57,448 nucleotides of DNA. It comes from Tubiluchus corallicola (Eukaryota; Animalia; Priapulida). The notes under the pieces were generated by a model that saw only the letters and a list, made by a program, of their open reading frames with translations, was not told where the DNA came from and did not search any database. The position numbers and the translations under genes were made by a program. Shown one piece after another: positions 55,782 to 57,448 of this stretch. The stretch spans positions 1 to 57,448 of the forward strand of contig JAQGDQ010001175.1 of NCBI GenBank assembly GCA_030141605.1. The letters are read 5' to 3'. Each line of letters starts with the position of its first letter. Position 1 is the first letter of the stretch.

Positions 55782-57448
55782 TAAAAAGTTTACATTTTAA
55801 CACAATTAGTACAGCAAAAGCGTTTCTGATCATTAAATTACAGATTAAAAACTTAATTAATGGCCGGCGAGCCCAACTATTGAAGACGTCACAAACTAAC
55901 ATAACGTTCAAACATTTGTTTAAACACTTATAATTGGATAAAATTAAGGAAAACACGCCTTTTTCAGACACTCCAACTTAGCCTATTAAATAGCTCAGTT
56001 GCAATTACAGTTATTATTTACAGGAATTACAGGAAAAATATTAATAATTTCAATTCGCCGACAATAGCACTTTTTTTGCAATAAAATCCTGTGTTTTCTT
56101 AAAGCAAAACGGGACCCAATCTTAAACTGCAGGTCAAAATAATCTACTCTTTAAAATATTGAAAGGAAACATACTATTATTTCAAAGATGACTTACGTGA
56201 AAGGATTATTACCACACAAACACAATTTCACGTTCGCGTCACTAGTTCTTCGCTGTTACGTGCATTTCGCCATTCGCTAGTTAGATGGGCACTAGCACCT
56301 GCATTTCGGAAACGCATTGCACAAAGAACAGGTGGTGTAGCTCTCAGTTCAGACGTGTTAGTTTGTGACGAACTGCACACGTTCGACAGCTCATGCGTGA
56401 GCACAGCGGTAAATTTGAAATTTGAATTTTTATCTTAAAACTTGCCTAGTTTTAGTACAACACACTGAATATCTTACAGTAGCACTGTACTTCAATTTTC
56501 ACTTTCGCAAACACGTGCAACACGCTCGTGGAATATTTTTGCTGTTGAAAATTATGTTAGTTTGTGATGTCATAAATAGTTGGGCATCATCCTGTTTACC
56601 TTTTAAACAAGCCAAAATGCTACGAAATTCAGACTCGCGGAATGACTAGATGGTCACGCAGCAGATTTGAAATGCTGATTAAAGTATTTTGTCATTACAA
56701 AACACGCTGACTCAAGTGGGAAGAAAGCAGAAATGAACCCACAGCGTTACTAGTTCCATTTTATCTCTAGGTTCGCCTAAGTCGTAATATTGAGTTCTAG
56801 TACTAATGCAGTAGTTTTAACAATCACAAAACAAAATCTTACCTGTTGAAGAGTGCGTGGAGACAGACTAGAATTTGACCTTTTGACGACCTTGAAGTTG
56901 TCAAATGACCTTGCGAACGACATTGATTGGCCGCAACTTTTTCTGTTTGACCCTTGATCTTGAAACTTCTTACTAAACGCTCCAGACATCTTTGAATTTT
57001 TCACTGATGTATTTCAAACTTTAGATTTTGACAAGTAGATGGCGCAGACGTCTACAGTTTCCTGCTTTTAGTGTTTACAGACTGTTCCTTATTGTAAGCT
57101 CAATAATCACTAGTAGCTTTCAAAGTTAAAACGTTAAACTGCTGAACTTTTAATAATTTTAAACAAACTCTTAGGGTGGTAAGTCTACCAACACGGCATC
57201 AATATCGATTTTTAGTAGTTAGAACAACTCCTCACCAATATTGATTTTTGGTACTTCAGACAACTGAAGTCTGTCAACACAATACCAATATCGATTTTTA
57301 GTAGGTCAAAGAAATAAAGTCTATCAACACGGCATCAATATCGATTTTTAGTATTTCAAACAACTGAAGTCTATAAACACGGCATCAATATCGATTTTTA
57401 GCAGTTCAAACAACTAAAGTCTATAAACACGGCATCAATATCGATTTT
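55782..57448 (-). repeat. Right arm of the large inverted repeat
   Basis: Reverse complement of 48915-50592; the outer ~765 bp appear identical and the inner part is diverged. Confidence 0.92.

Overview
AT-rich, satellite-dense animal (invertebrate-like) genomic DNA, not prokaryotic. Most ORFs in the supplied track are repeat artefacts. By manual splicing I find a tandemly amplified cluster of probable cilium/sperm genes. (1) A two-exon SPMIP1/ATP6V1FNB homolog lies head-to-head with a three-exon, unusually basic barrier-to-autointegration-factor (BAF)-like gene, across a ~0.75 kb putative bidirectional promoter with CRE and X-box motifs. (2) An intronless BTB-BACK gene with a divergent MATH-like C-terminus follows. 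(3) This ~13.5 kb unit recurs at an offset of ~24.47 kb, and a third partial unit adds a third BTB paralog. (4) Between the units lie two paralogous, unannotated genes (337 aa intronless; 132 aa spliced) with an SPMIP1-like N-terminal motif and X-box or CRE motifs upstream. SPMIP1 exon 1 and the BAF-like protein look identical between copies, whereas the three BTB proteins are mosaic and hypervariable in the putative substrate-binding domain. The right end holds a large inverted repeat with identical-looking outer arms, diverged inner arms and a ~5.2 kb spacer. TE remnants include a mariner 5' end, an RTE 3' end with TSD, an LTR with a Leu PBS, a Kolobok-like element and an RT YADD fragment. 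All homology calls are from memory and by-eye comparison, not database searches.
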